Shown piece by piece: positions 25,410 through 39,743 of a DNA stretch of 62,295 nt. The notes under the pieces were generated by a model that saw nothing but the letters and a program-made list of their open reading frames with translations, was not told where the DNA came from and ran no database searches. Position 1 is the first letter of the stretch. Each line of letters begins with the position of its first letter. A program made the position numbers and the translations under genes. This DNA is from Thraustochytrium aureum (taxonomy: Eukaryota): positions 191,893 through 254,187 of the forward strand of contig BLSG01000240.1 of the NCBI GenBank assembly GCA_012862495.1, given 5' to 3'.

Positions 25410-28400
25410 ATGCAGTCGCAACGCGGGAGGGCAGATGCGCAAAAGCGGCCGGGTGCCGCGCCAGGGAATGCGGCCAAAGCTCGCAAGGCGAAAACGCCGA
25501 CCAAAGCAGGGGCCAATTCCTCAGCTACCGCGGCGCCAAAGTTCGATCTCCCAGCGCTTCGGAGTCCAGCTGGGCGTCCTCCTGAGGGCAAAAGGTCGCC
25601 TAAGCATGGCGTCTTTGCGTCGTTCATCGCCAACCTGAAAGACGACCACCTCGTCCCAGACGAAGACACCGAGATAGAGGACGTCGAAGAGCGCAAAGTA
25701 GCTCCCAGGACCTCGCCTCGGGCTGGCGAGTCCAACAAGTCCGGGCCGAGCGCTCTCCCATCGGGCCGGCGTCGGTCGTTTCCGATCGTCGCCCTGGGCG
25801 AAAACCAGTCGCTGGAAGAGATCCTGACCCAGTTTGGCGTGTGGCCGCCGCCGTCGACTTCAGACGACGACATGGACGCCTTCCTTCCGCTTGCTGCATA
25901 TGCGGACAAGCTGCGGGACCCCATCGACCCGCACCGCCTTGCGTTCCCGGTACACAAGGTCGCATTCTTGCCGACGAGCGAGTCGCGGTCCTGGGTTTCC
26001 GGAGTAGCCCTCTCGTTCGACGAGACGAAAACGTGTTCCTGATAGAGGCTTGCGAGGCTGACGGCGACGACAGCGGCAGCGACTACCAGAGCGCCGAGCC
26101 GTACCGCGTGCCCCGCGTGCAGGTCATGTTCTCCGGCGAGAACATGGTCGAGTTTGCCAAGCGATATGCAAGAGCGCATAGGGCGCGGCGCACAGCGCAG
26201 ATGATGCTACGATACAACCTGTACATTGACTGCATGCCCACGGACCAAGCCTCTGGGCTTGACGAGAATTCGCTAGAGCGTATTGTCGCCGCCGCTGTTG
26301 GTAGCAAGGCCGCTGCGTCGCGCGATTGCAAGGCTAGGCTGGACGTATCTGCTCTGTTGCGCCAGGTCCAGACCGACTTTTCTCGCACGATGAACCAAGT
26401 CGACTTCGACATCAAGCTTCGCAACAGCTCAGCAGAGGCACTAGCGAAAGACGGGCTCGCGGCTTTGCCTCGCGTGCTCGCTCAGACGCGACCTGCACCC
26501 GTGGTGCCGCAGCAGGGATGCGTCAAGATCCCCAAGTACAGCTTGCAATCCGCGTTCGATAACGTCAACAGCGCCGCGCTCGTGGCAAACAGCTCTGCGT
26601 TGCACGCGCTTAACGCGGTGCACAAGCTCTGCAGCGACGTTTCGACGCCAGACTTTCAGCTGCTCCGCACGACCGAGTACGACGAGAGCATCACGCTTCG
26701 CGAGTTTGAGGAAATGCAGCGCCACCAGATCGAACACGTCGCCGGGAAGATCAAGGACGACTGGACGCAGGCCATCAAAAACGCCATCAAGCGCGCCATG
26801 CAAGCCGACCCCAACAAGCGGTGGAACCTGGACGAGAAGAGCCGTGACGCCTACGAGGCAAGCGAGCTCAAGCGGTTCTTTATCCACGTCAACCTTCGAA
26901 TGCAAGACTGCCTGCGCGATGCAGTCAGGGCGGGCATTGTTCAGTACCGCGACTTTATCGTGCACGCAACAGAGTGCGAGGTCGCCATCCAATCGCCATC
27001 CGATGTAGACGTGCACTACACTGGAGCGTTCCCTCAGAAGAACGCTCTGTTTCGGGTCGAGCTCATCCAGGAACTTCGCAAGCCAAACCTGCACAAAGCA
27101 CAACATCTCTCAGAGGAAGACGCAGAAGAGCACGACGCTGATGCCGAAGAGAACGAGGGCGCGGACGAGGACGAGGAAAAGCTCTGCTTCGGCTACAGCG
27201 AGGACGCCGAGGCGTTTGCTTCGATTCCGCGCTCAATGGTGTCTCATGCGCTCGACGCGCTGCAGGAGATTCCGCAAGTGCAACGCCTTGCAATGGACCG
27301 GATCTACTGGGGCCAGGTACCCACCGTTTCTGTTCTTGACAAGCGCGAGTCCGTTGTCACGGGCGCCGAACTGGCCGTTGGCGAAGCCCTCGGCGGGTCG
27401 TTCGACTCCGCTGACAATTACTTGTCGCAGTTCGACGAGTACCTTGACTTTTTGCGGCTCGACGTCGACGCCTTCATGAGCGTGCTCGAGGAGCCATTCA
27501 TCAAGGCCGAAGAGAAGCGACGCCGCCGCGAAGAGCGCGAAGAGCGTCGCGCCGCCAAGGCGCAAGCCAAGGAGCAGANNNNNNNNNNNNNNNNNNNNNN
27601 NNNNNNNNNNNNNNNNNNNNNNNNNNNNNNNNNNNNNNNNNNNNNNNNNNNNNNNNNNNNNNNNNNNNNNNNNNNNNNNNNNNNNNNNNNNNNNNNNNNN
27701 NNNNNNNNNNNNNNNNNNNNNNNNNNNNNNNNNNNNNNNNNNNNNNNNNNNNNNNNNNNNNNNNNNNNNNNNNNNNNNNNNNNNNNNNNNNNNNNNNNNN
27801 NNNNNNNNNNNNNNNNNNNNNNNNNNNNNNNNNNNNNNNNNNNNNNNNNNNNNNNNNNNNNNNNNNNNNNNNNNNNNNNNNNNNNNNNNNNNNNNNNNNN
27901 NNNNNNNNNNNNNNNNNNNNNNNNNNNNNNNNNNNNNNNNNNNNNNNNNNNNNNNNNNNNNNNNNNNNNNNNNNNNNNNNNNNNNNNNNNNNTGAGGAGG
28001 AGGAGGAGGAGGAGGAAGAGGAGGAAGAAGGCGAAGAGCGCCCGACGCTTGACACTGACCTCGTCGCCAACTACATCAGCAACCACCTCAAGCAGCGAGA
28101 GGAGGTCGAGCGGCGCATCCCCAAGCAGGTAAACTTGGGCCTCTTCTTGGTCGACTGCGAAAAGGTGCGCAAACTGCTCATCGAGAAGCACGACTCTATC
28201 GTGCAGCGGCTGCTCGAGTTTGTGGCAAAGTGCACCGTGGGCCACTGCTCCACCTTGCTGATGCGGTTTTCAGACATGAACACCGAGCTGAGCAAGTTTC
28301 CCCACAACATCGAGGAGCTGGTGGCGATCCGCGACTTCATGAACACGATCCCCAACCGGCTCAGCGAGACGCACGAGGAAATCGGAAAGCTTTGGAAGGG

Positions 28401-31400
28401 CTACGACCTCCTGGACCGGTACAACTTCAAGCTAACGAGCAAGGTCTTTGGGCAAAAGTGGCGCCTGTTTGGCGCAACAAAAATGGTGCTCGACAAAGTG
28501 CAGGTCACCGCGGCGATGCTGGCCAAGGAAAAGCTCCGCTACGCCGACATCCAAAAAGAAAAGCAAGAGGAGTTCGTCAGCCATCTGGACAAGATCAGCC
28601 GCGAAGTGGCCGCCTTCAGCCAGTACAGCGACCTACGGCGCATCCAGAGCATAGCGCAAAACGCAGCGGACATCGCGGAGAAGATTCGCAAAGCGCAAGC
28701 CGACGCCGAGCTGTTCAACAGCCGCGAGACGCTCTTCGAGAAAGAGCTCACCGACTACGAGCAGGTCACCGAGATCGCACGGGCGTTCCAGCCGTACGAG
28801 GCCATGTGGGGCACCGCTGCCGCCTGGGTATCCAGCGAGGAGCAATGGATGACCGGCAAGTTTAACAAGCTCCTGCCCGAGGAGATGGAGAAACAGGTCA
28901 CCGAGTCGTACAAGCTCATGAACCGCAGCATCAAGTTTTTCCAAAAGGCCGAGCTCCCGCTCATCAAAGACGCCGCCGAGGTGATCAAGAACAAGATCGA
29001 AAAGTTCCGGCCCAACATGCCCATGATCACCGCGCTGCGCAACCAGGGAATGCGCGGGCGCCACTTTGAGCACCTCAGCGAGGAGCTGGGGTTTGAGGTT
29101 CGCGCTGACTCGCCCACCTTCACGCTCACCGAGGCCATCCGCCTCGGCCTGCACGAGCACAGCGAGACGATTGCCAAAGTGTCCAGTGTCGCCGCCAAGG
29201 AGTACCAGATCGAGCAGGCGCTCGACAAAATGGAGGGCGAGTGGGCCAACGTCATGCTCGACTGCCGCTCCTACAAAGAAACGGGCACGTTTGTGCTCGG
29301 CGGCATCGACGAGATCATCGCGCTGCTTGACGAGCACATCACCATGACGCAAGCGATGCAGTTCTCGAGCTTCAAAGGGCCGTTCGTGGACCGCATCGAC
29401 GAGTTTGACAAAAAGCTGCTTCTCACCTCCGAGGTTATCGAGGAATGGATTGCCGTGCAGCGCAACTGGCTCTACCTACAGCCCATCTTCGAGTCGCCCG
29501 ACATCAACAAGCAACTCCCTGCGGAGGGCAAGCGGTTCGCGAGCGTGGACAAAAACTGGCGGACCACTCTGCTGCAGGCCAGCAAGGGCGCTCGCGCGCT
29601 CGAGTTTTGCCCCAACCAAAAGCTGCTCGACATGTTTGCTGAGAGCAACAAGCTGCTCGACATGGTCTCCAAGGGACTCAGCGACTACCTGGAGACGAAG
29701 CGCGGGGGCTTTTCGCGCTTCTACTTTCTCTCCAACGACGAGCTGCTGGAGATCCTCTCGGAGACCAAAGACCCGCAAATGGTCCAGCCACACCTGAAAA
29801 AGTGCTTCGAGGGCATTCGCTCGGTGTTTTTCAACGACGAGATGCACATCACCGACATGAAGAGCAGCGAGGGCGAGGTCGTGCCCCTCGCCCGCATAGT
29901 CGACCCCGACGGCAAGAACGTAGAGTTCTGGATGACCGAGCTCGAAGAGCGCATGATGGAGTCTGTCAAGAAGGTCATGTGGGAGAGCATGCTGTCCTAC
30001 ACGCAAATGGCCCGAACGGCGTGGCTTCAGGTGGTCCCCGGCCAATGCGCACTTAACGCCTCGCAGTTTCACTGGACACGCGAGATCGAAGAGGCCATGG
30101 ACGTGGAGGGCAACGCCGGCGTGGGCAAGTGCTTCGATCTCCAGGTTCGTCAGATCAACGACATGGTCGCGCTCGTTCGCGACCCGGAGCTCAAGAGCAA
30201 CGCGCGGATGACCATCTCGGCGCTCACTGTGATCGACGTGCACGCCCGCGACGTGACGGAGAAGCTCTTCAGCGAGGGCGTGTCGACGCGCAACGACTTT
30301 TTGTGGATTTCGCAGATGCGCTACTATTGGCAGGAGGGCGAGGCTCTGGAAGGAGACCTCAAGGTGATGATGGTGTCCTCGCTCCGCCCGTACGGGTACG
30401 AGTACCTGGGCAACTCGTTCCGCCTTGTGATCACCCCTCTCACCGACAAGTGCTACCTGACGCTGATGGGCGCCCTCCAGATGAACTTGGGCGGCGCGCC
30501 CGCGGGGCCGGCAGGGACAGGCAAGACCGAGACTACCAAGGACTTGGCGAAAGCCCTCGCCAAGCAATGCGTCGTGTTCAACTGCTCGGACGGCCTCGAC
30601 TACCTGGCCATGGGCAAGTTCTTCAAGGGCCTCGGAAGCTGCGGCGCTTGGGCCTGCTTCGACGAGTTCAACCGCATCGACGTCGAGGTCCTCTCCGTGG
30701 TGGCCCAGCAAATCATGACCCTCCAGGCAGGCGTCAGCGCGGGCCAGACCCGGATCCTCTTCGAAGGCGTGGAGATTCGGCTCAGCGACCAGTTTGCAGT
30801 GTACATCACCATGAACCCTGGGTACGCGGGGCGCACCGAGCTCCCCGACAACCTCAAGGCACTCTTTCGTCCAGTCGCCATGATGGTGCCCGACTACGCA
30901 CTTATCGGCGAGATCATGCTGTATTCGTTTGGGTATGAAAAGGCCCGCATCTGCGCCAAGAAGATGGTTGCCACCTTCCAGCTCTGCTCAGAGCAGCTCT
31001 CAAGCCAGCCGCACTACGACTACGGCATGCGCGCTGTCAAGACCGTCATCGTGGCTGCCGGAAACCTCCGCCGCGACTACCCGGACGAGGACGAGGAGAT
31101 CTTGCTGCTGCGCGCTCTCCAGGACGTCAACTTGCCCAAATTCCTCAGCTTTGACTTGCCGCTGTTCAAGGGCATCATCTCCGACCTGTTTCCTGGCAAG
31201 AGCCGCCCAGACATCGACTACGGGGACCTCCTGGCCTGCCTGCGCCTCGCCAACGAGGGCGCCGGCTTGCAAAACACACCCTGGTTCCTGCAAAAGCAGA
31301 TCCAGCTATACGAAACCATCGTGGTGCGGCACGGGCTCATGNNNNNNNNNNNNNNNNNNNNNNNNNNNNNNNNNNNNNNNNNNNNNNNNNNNNNNNNNNN

Positions 31401-34400
31401 NNNNNNNNNNNNNNNNNNNNNNNNNNNNNNNNNNNNNNNNNNNNNNNNNNNNNNNNNNNNNNNNNNNNNNNNNNNNNNNNNNNNNNNNNNNNNNNNNNNN
31501 NNNNNNNNNNNNCCCACGGGTGGCGGCAAGTCGCGCAACGTGGAGAATCTCGACACGGCGCTGACGATGCTCAAGAAGCGGGGCATCAAAGGCTTCGCGT
31601 ACGAAAAATCCACCGCCACACGGTCAATCCCAAGTCGATCACGATGGGGCAGCTGTACGGCGAGTTCGACCCGAACACGCACGAGTGGCAAGACGGGATC
31701 CTCGCCAACATCGTGCGAAACTGCGCCAAAACGACGACGCCGGACCGCAAGTGGGTCGTATTCGACGGCCCCGTCGACGCAATCTGGATTGAGAACATGA
31801 ACACCGTGCTCGATGACAACAAGAAGCTCTGCCTCAACTCGGGTGAGATCGTGGCGCTCAGCCCGGAGATGACCATGATGTTTGAGGTCGAAGACCTCGC
31901 GGTCGCCTCCCCTGCCACCGTGAGCCGCGTTGGTGTCATCTACATGGAGCCCGCAACCCTTGGCAGCGACCCGGTGATCCAGAGCTGGATCGAGTACCGG
32001 CTCCCCGCCAGCTGCACCAACTCGCACCGGCGGCGCCTTTTGACCTTGTTTGACCTCTACCTGCAGAGCGGGGTAACGCTGTTGCGCCGCAACCTGCACG
32101 AGCCCGTGCCCACGGTGACCAACAACCTCGTGCAGAGCCTCATGCGTATGATGGACTCTTTATTCCACCTGCACATGGATGGAGCGGCGTCCTCCAAGGG
32201 TGGCGATGGCGACGAGGGCGACGAGGGCGCCGGTGCCGGCGGTCGGATCGACCTGGACCTCGACCTCGAGCCCCTCTTCATGTTCAGCCTTGTCTGGTCG
32301 GTGTGCTGCACGGTTGACTCTGCGGGCCGCAAAAGCATGGACGGCTGGCTGCGCAACCAGATGGAGCAAATGTGCAGTGAGTATGCGTTCCCGCGCAGCG
32401 GCACGATCTATGACTTTGTCTGGTCGGTGAAGCGCCACGAGTGGGTGTTGTGGATGGACACGATTGAGCCCTACAAGTACGACCGCGAACTGCCCTTTGC
32501 AGAGACGATTGTGCCCACGTCTGACTCGGTGTGCTACACTTTCCTCTTGGACATCTTGCTGTGCAACGACCAGCATGTGCTCATGAGTGGAGACACCGGC
32601 ACGGGCAAGACGGTCAACATCAACCGGCACCTCACCACGGGCATGTCGGCGGACTACATTCCGCTCTGCCTTGCTTTCTCCGCTCAGACCAGCGCCAACC
32701 AGACGCAGGACCTCTTGGATGGCAAGATGGAGAAGCGCCGCAAGGGCGTGTTTGGCCCCCCGCGGGCAAGCGCTACATTGTTTTTGTGGACGACCTCAAC
32801 ATGCCAAAGCGCGAGACGTACTTTGCGCAGCCGCCCATCGAGCTCCTTAGGCAGTGGTTTACTTATGGGGGCTGGTACGACCGCAAGACGCTCGGGTTTC
32901 GCCAGATCATCGACCTCAGCATGGTTGCCGCCATGGGGCCGCCGGGTGGCGGCCGCAACCCGGTCACGGCGCGCATGCTGCGGCACTACAACATCATCAC
33001 CTATACCGCGCTCGAGGAGGCCAGCATGATGACGATTTTCGGGACGATCCTCGGCAACTTTCTTCGCGACACGTTTGACTCGTCCACGGCGCCGCTGGCA
33101 GAGCCGATTGTGGAGGCAACCATCGAGATTTACAACACGATCCGCGAGGAGCTGCTGCCCACCCCGAGCAAGTCCCACTACACGTTCAACATGCGAGACC
33201 TGAGCAAGGTGTTCCAGGGCATGCTCATGGTGAACAGCAAGGTGACCAACGGGCCGGACGCCGTAGTGCGGCTCTGGGTTCACGAGTGCTCGCGCGTCTT
33301 CAAGGACCGTTTGGTCAACGACGAGGACCGAGCCTGGTTTGGCGCGCTCGTATCGCGCAAGGTGGGCGAGAAGCTCAACATGGACTGGGATGGCAAAGTC
33401 AAGCCGCAGGACTCGGAGTACCTCATCTTTGGCGACCTCATGGAGCCTGACAGCAAGATCTACCAGCACATCCAAGATGTGGACGCGCTTCTGCCCACCG
33501 TGGAGCAGTACCTCGCCGAGTACAACGCAGAGTCAAAGTCGCCAATGAATCTCAAGATGTTCATGGACGCCATCCAGCACGTAAGCCGGATTTCGCGCGT
33601 GATCCGCCAGCCCATGGGCAACGCTCTCTTGCTTGGCGTCGGAGGCAGCGGACGCAAGTCGCTGACTCGCCTTTCCGCTTACATCGGCGACTTTCAACTC
33701 TTCCAGGTCGAGATCGCCAAGGGGTACGGCCTTGCCGAGTGGCGCGAGGACGTCAAATCCTGCCTGCTCAAGGCCGGCGTGGAAGACATCCAGGTCGTCT
33801 TTCTGTTTGATGACACCCAGATCGTTGTGTCGCAGATGCTCGAGGACATCAACGGCATCCTCAACCAGGGCGACGTGCCCAACCTGTACCCCCCCGAAGA
33901 CATGGAGAAGATCATGACCGCCTGCCGCGGAGACTGCGTGAAGCGAAAGATCCCGCCGACCAAGATCAACATCTTCTCGGCCTACATTCTGCGCGTCAAG
34001 CGCAACGTGCATGTGGCGATGTGCATGAGCCCTGGCACGCCGATCTTCCGTGACCGCNNNNNNNNNNNNNNNNNNNNNNNNNNNNNNNNNNNNNNNNNNN
34101 NNNNNNNNNNNNNNNNNNNNNNNNNNNNNNNNNNNNNNNNNNNNNNNNNNNNNNNNNNNNNNNNNNNNNNNNNNNNNNNNNNNNNNNNNNNNNNNNNNNN
34201 NNNNNNNNNNNNNNNNNNNNNNNNNNNNNNNNNNNNNNNNNNNNNNNNNNNNNNNNNNNNNNNNNNNNNNNNNNNNNNNNNNNNNNNNNNNNNNNNNNNN
34301 NNNNNNNNNNNNNNNNNNNNNNNNNNNNNNNNNNNNNNNNNNNNNNNNNNNNNNNNNNNNNNNNNNNNNNNNNNNNNNNNNNNNNNNNNNNNNNNNNNNN

Positions 34401-37400
34401 NNNNNNNNNNNNNNNNNNNNNNNNNNNNNNNNNNNNNNNNNNNNNNNNNNNNNNNNNNNNNNNNNNNNNNNNNNNNNNNNNNNNNNNNNNNNNNNNNNNN
34501 NNNNNNNNNNNNNNNNNNNNNNNNNNNNNNNNNNNNNNNNNNNNNNNNNNNNNNNNNNNNNNNNNNNNNNNNNNNNNNNNNNNNNNNNNNNNNNNNNNNN
34601 NNNNNNNNNNNCCTACTTTGAAGAGCTGCGTCGCTACAACTATGTGACTCCAACCTCCTACTTGGAGCTGCTCAACACGTTCAAGGCGCTGCTGCAGGAG
34701 AAGCGGTCGGATGTCCTGCTCAAAAAGCAGCGTCTCCAAATTGGTCTGGACAAGCTCACCACAACGGCAGCCCAGGTGGCCGACCTGCAAATCCAGCTCA
34801 CAGAGATGCAGCCCGTGCTTGCCCAGACCCAGATCGAAGTAGACGAGATGATCATACAGATCACCAAGGACAAGGCCGCCGCCGACGAAACCAAGGCCGT
34901 CGTCTCCGTCGAGGAGCAGGCCGCCCAAGTGAAAGCCCGGGACACCCAAGCGATCGCCGACGATGCTCAGCGCGACCTCGACGAGGCACTGCCCGCTTTG
35001 GACGAGGCCGTAAAATGCCTGAGCAAGCTCAAGAAGGGCGACATTGTCGAGGTGGGCTCGCTCAAGACGCCGCCCTCTGGTGTCAAGCTGACCATGGAGG
35101 CGGCCTGCATCATGTTTGAGGTCAAGCCCAAGATGGTGGCGGACCCGAACAACATGGGCAAAAAGATCAAGGACTTTTGGGAGCCCGCGCTGAAGAACCT
35201 CCTCAACGATGCCAACAAGCTCTTGTCGCGCCTGTTCAACTTTGACAAGGACAACATCCCGGACAAGGTGATCAAAGAGATCGACCCTTATGTGCAGAGC
35301 CCCGAGTTCCAGCCCAAGGAGATCGAAAAGGCCAGCAAGGCCTGCACAGCGATCTGCATGTGGGTGCGCGCGATGCACAAGTACCACTTTGTTGCCAAGG
35401 GGGTGGAGCCCAAGCGGCAAAAGCTCGCCGCGGCCCAGGCCGAGCTGGACGTGACGATGGGCAAATTGCAGAAGGCGCGCGACGAGCTGCAGGGCGTGAT
35501 GGACCGAATCCAAGAGCTCGAGGACGGCTACAACCAGAGTCTGGCCAAAAAGGAGGAGCTCGCGCGCGACGTGGAGCAGTGCAGCGGCCGGCTTGACCGC
35601 GCGCAAAAGCTGATTGGCGGCCTCGGCGGCGAGAAGGACCGCTGGACTGCAGCTGTGCAGCAGTTTGACGTCGACTATGTCAACCTTTTGGGCGACGTGC
35701 TGATCTCGAGCGGGTGCATCGCCTACCTTGGGCCCTTTACGTCCACGTACCGTGCAGAGCTAGTGCGGCAGTGGCAGGGCATCCTTGCGGACCTCGACGT
35801 CCCGCACACCCCGGAGACCAACATGGTCAAGACGTTGGGGAACCCGGTGGAGATCCGCACGTGGCAGGTCAACGGGCTGCCCGCGGACAACCACTCGACG
35901 GAGAACGCGATCGTGGTCAAGACTGCGCGGCGCTGGCCGCTGCTGATCGACCCGCAGACGCAGGCCAACCGGTTTATCAAAAACCTCGGCAAGGAGAGCG
36001 CAAACGGGATTGAGGTTACCAAGCCGAGCAACAAGAACTTTTTGCGCCAACTCGAGAACGGCGTTCGGTTTGGCAAGTGGGTGTTGCTCGAGAACGTGGG
36101 CGAGAAGCTTGACGCGGCGCTGGAGCCTGTGCTTTTGCAGCAGGTGTTCAAGCAGGACGGGCAGTTGATGATCAAGCTCGGCGACAACACGGTGCCCTAT
36201 CACGAGGACTTTCGGTTCTTCCTGACGACCAAGCTTCCAAATCCGCACTACCCGCCCGAGGTGAGCGTGAAGGTGAGCTTGCTCAACTTTAGCATCACGC
36301 CGCTCGGCCTGGAGGAGCAGCTCCTGGGGCTGGTGATGATCAACGAGCTTCCCGAGCTCGAGTCAAAGAAGAACGAGATCGTTGTGCAGAACGCGGCCAT
36401 GGGCAAGCAGCTGCAAGAGATCGAGGACAAGATCCTCTACATGTTGAGCAACTCGCAGGGCAACATCCTGGACGACGCTGAGCTCATCGCGACGCTGAGC
36501 GACTCCAAGGTGACCTCGCAGGAGATCAACGCCAAGGTGGCCGAGGCCAAGGAGACCGAGGTGGAGATCGACTGCACGCGCGAGCTGTACCGCCCTTTTG
36601 CGACGCGCGGATCGATCCTGTACTTTTGCATCGCGGACCTGTTCATCATCGACCCCATGTACCAGTACTCGCTGCAGTGGTTTGGGGGCCTCTTTTCGCA
36701 GAGTATTCTCAACAGCGAGCCGCGCAACGAGGTGGACGCGCGCCTCGAGGTGCTCAAAGACCACTTTACCTACTCGCTGTACGAGAACATCTGCCGCAGC
36801 CTGTTCGAGGCGCACAAGCTGCTGTTTGCGTTCAGCCTGTGCATCAAGATCATGCAGGGCGACAGCCTCATCGACCCAGGCGAGTGGCGCTTCTTGCTGA
36901 CCGGCCAAGCTGGCAAGCCCGAGGAGCGCGATGGCGTCACCAAGCCCTCTGGCCCGGGCAGCGAGTGGGTCACCGAGAAGTCGTGGTCTGAAATCCGCAA
37001 CTTGTCCACGCTGCCCGCCTTGGCTGGCTTTGACGCGGACTTTGGCAACAATTTGGACCAGTGGCGTGCGCTGTTTGACTCTGCGCGCGCGCAAGAGGAG
37101 CCGTTGCCGGGCCGCTGGGAAGCCGACCTGAGCACCCTGCAGAAGATGGTCGTCTTACGAGCGTTGCGGCCCGACAAGCTCACAGAGGCGATCCAGCTCT
37201 TCATCATCAAGCACTTTGGACAGCGGTTCATCGAGCCCCCGCCCTTTGACATGAAGAAGTGCTTTGACGTCTCCTCGGTGATCACGCCGCTAATCTTTGT
37301 GCTGACATCCGGTTCCGACCCGACCAAGGACTTTTTCCAGTTCGCAGAACAGCAGGGCATGGCGGACCGCACGAAGAGTATCTCACTGGGCCAGGGCCAG

Positions 37401-39107
37401 GGCCCCATCGCGGAGAGGATGATCGAAGAGGGCGTTGGCAAGGGCGCGTGGGTTCTGCTGCAGAACTGCCACTTGTGTTCGAGCTGGATGGACACTCTCG
37501 AGTTGATCGTGGAGGAGCTCAACCCGGACTCTGCGCACGCGGAGTTCCGATTGTGGCTGACCAGTATGCCCAGCAAGACCTTTCCGGTGAGCGTGCTGCA
37601 GATCGGGATCAAGATGACCAAGGAGCCGCCCAAGGGGATGCGGGCCAACCTGAAGAGCATCTACTACAAGTTTGACGACGACCAGCTCAAGTCGACCACC
37701 AAGCCGGCGGTGTACATGAAGCTGCTCTTCGGGCTGTGCTTTTTCCACGCCCTCGTGCAAGAGCGGCGCAAGTTTGGCCCGCTCGGGTGGAACCGGCAGT
37801 ACGAGTTCAATTCGACGGACCTGGACATCTCCAAGAAGCAGCTCGAGCTCTACATCGACGCGTACGAGGAAGTCCCCTATGACGTGCTGCACTTTTTGAC
37901 GTCGCATATCAACTACGGCGGGCGGATCACGGACGCGATCGACACGCGCACGGCGGACGTCATCTTGCGGGACTTTTTCACGCCCCAAGTGGTGGAAGAA
38001 AACTACAAGTTTTCCCCGAGCGGGGTGTACGGCTCTCCGTCGGTCAACACCGGCGCGCCGCACCACTCTTATGTCGAGTACATCAACTCGCTCCCCGTGA
38101 ACGCGGACCCAGAGGTTTTCGGCATGCACGAGAACGCCAACATCTCCTGCGCGCTCACCGACGTGTTCACGCTGCTCGACACCCTGGTGCTCTTGCAGCC
38201 ACGCAGCTCTGGAGGCGCGGGCGACTCGCGCGAGGATGTTGTCCTCGCCGACGTGCGCGACCTGATGCAGCGCACGCCTGAGCCGTTCGACCTGGAGGGC
38301 ATCCGCATGCAATTTCCGACGCGGTACGAGGACTCGATGAACACGATCCTCAACCAAGAAGCGGCGCGGTACGAGGCGCTTCTCCAAGTAATCCGCATCT
38401 CGCTTGAGCAGTGCGAGAAGGCGCTGCAGGGCTTCGTGGTCATGTCCGGGGAGCTCGAGGCAATGTCCGACTCGATCTACGCGCAGAAGGTTCCAGAGAT
38501 GTGGGAGGCGGCCGCCTATCCGAGTCTCAAGCCGCTCAAGGCCTGGTTCGCCGAGTTCTTGCAGCGAATTCAGTTCTTCAAAGACTGGACCGTCAACGGG
38601 GCGCCGAGTGCGTTCTGGGTCAGCGGATTTTTCTTCCCGCAGGCGTTTTTCACGGGTCAGCTGCAAAACTATGCCCGCGCGCGCCAGATTCCGATCAACA
38701 CCACCAGCTTTGACCAGGTTTACCCTGGCATTGAGCTTGAAGAGATCACGCGCCAGGCCGAGTCTGGAGCCTTTGTGTATGGCCTGTTCGTGGAGGGCGC
38801 TCGGTGGGACAAGTCGACGCGGTGCTTGGCTGAGCCCGAGCCAAAGAAGCTCTATGACTCTATGCCGGTCATCCACTTTCGCCCTGAGCAGCACCGAAAG
38901 GAGGTCACTTCAGGGGTGTACCGCATGCCGATGTACAAGGTGCTCTCGCGTGCCGGGACGCTCAGTACGACGGGGCACAGCACCAACTTTATCTGTTTCT
39001 TCACGGTCCCAGCCAAGGGGACCGAGTTTACGAACAACCGTGGTCTCAGCGACATCAAGGAGTGGGTCAAGGCAGGCGTGGCTTGCTTTTGCTCGCTCCA
39101 ATTCTAA
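25410..39107 (+). CDS. Axonemal inner-arm dynein heavy chain, DNAH1-like; 3 homopolymer frameshifts (about 26030, 31605, 32757) and 3 gaps
   Basis: AAA1 GPAGTGKTETTKDL and WACFDEFNRI; AAA2 PTGGGKS; AAA3 GDTGTGKT; AAA4 GVGGSGRKSL; stalk and microtubule-binding region; AAA5 RRWPLLIDPQ; AAA6 SLGQGQ; C-terminal GTLSTTGHSTNF. N-terminal VPRVQVMFSGEN...LRYNLYIDCMP resembles DNAH1. The start codon is inferred. Confidence 0.95.
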
Positions 39108-39624
39108 CGCCACTCGGCGGAATATGAAACAAACCAAGCCAACACCATTGACAACCCTTCAGTCCCTTGTCTGCTCGCAGCCCTTGCGGCGCCGCTGCCG
39201 CAGGTTTCTCATACGCAACCACAGCGGGGCCAATCTCGCGTCGCTCCATGCCACCGAGCCCCGTGTTTCCCCACAGAGCGTCCACAAATGGGAGAAAGGT
39301 CACGATCCAGCGCGCTGTTGCGCATCGCGCCCGCGTTCTGCGTCCATCTCGCATACAGAATGCCAAAGGGCGCACTCGCGCGTGAACTTGAGCGTCCGGT
39401 CCGAGCAGGGCAAAAGCAACGAGGAAGACGAAGACCACGGCGGCGGCGGCGGCGAAGACGAAGACAACGGCGAAGACGAAGACAACGGCGGCGGCGACGA
39501 GCTCCACGCACTCCACCACGCCCTCGAGACCCTCCAGCGCATACAGAGCCCAGAGTCACATCAACAGAACACAAATACAAACCAGACCTCCATCGCGCAG
39601 ACTCGCGCCTCCAGCTCGGCCCGG

Positions 39625-39743
39625 GCAGCAGCAGCAGCAGCAGCAGCAACAACCGCAACAACAACATCATCAACAGCAGCAACAACCGCAACAACAACAT
39701 CATCAACAGCAACAACAACCGCAACAACAACAACAACAACAAC
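39625..39743 (+). repeat. Compound (GCA)n/(ACA)n trinucleotide low-complexity tract
   Basis: gcagcagca... followed by imperfect acaaca/accgcaacaacaacatcatca units. Confidence 0.9.

Noticed and set aside
25410..39107. Dynein, Myb and SLC13 genes as pseudogenes or programmed-frameshift genes
   Set aside because: Catalytic motifs are intact, no in-frame stops appear once frames are corrected, and breaks mostly fall on homopolymers, so sequencing error is more parsimonious.
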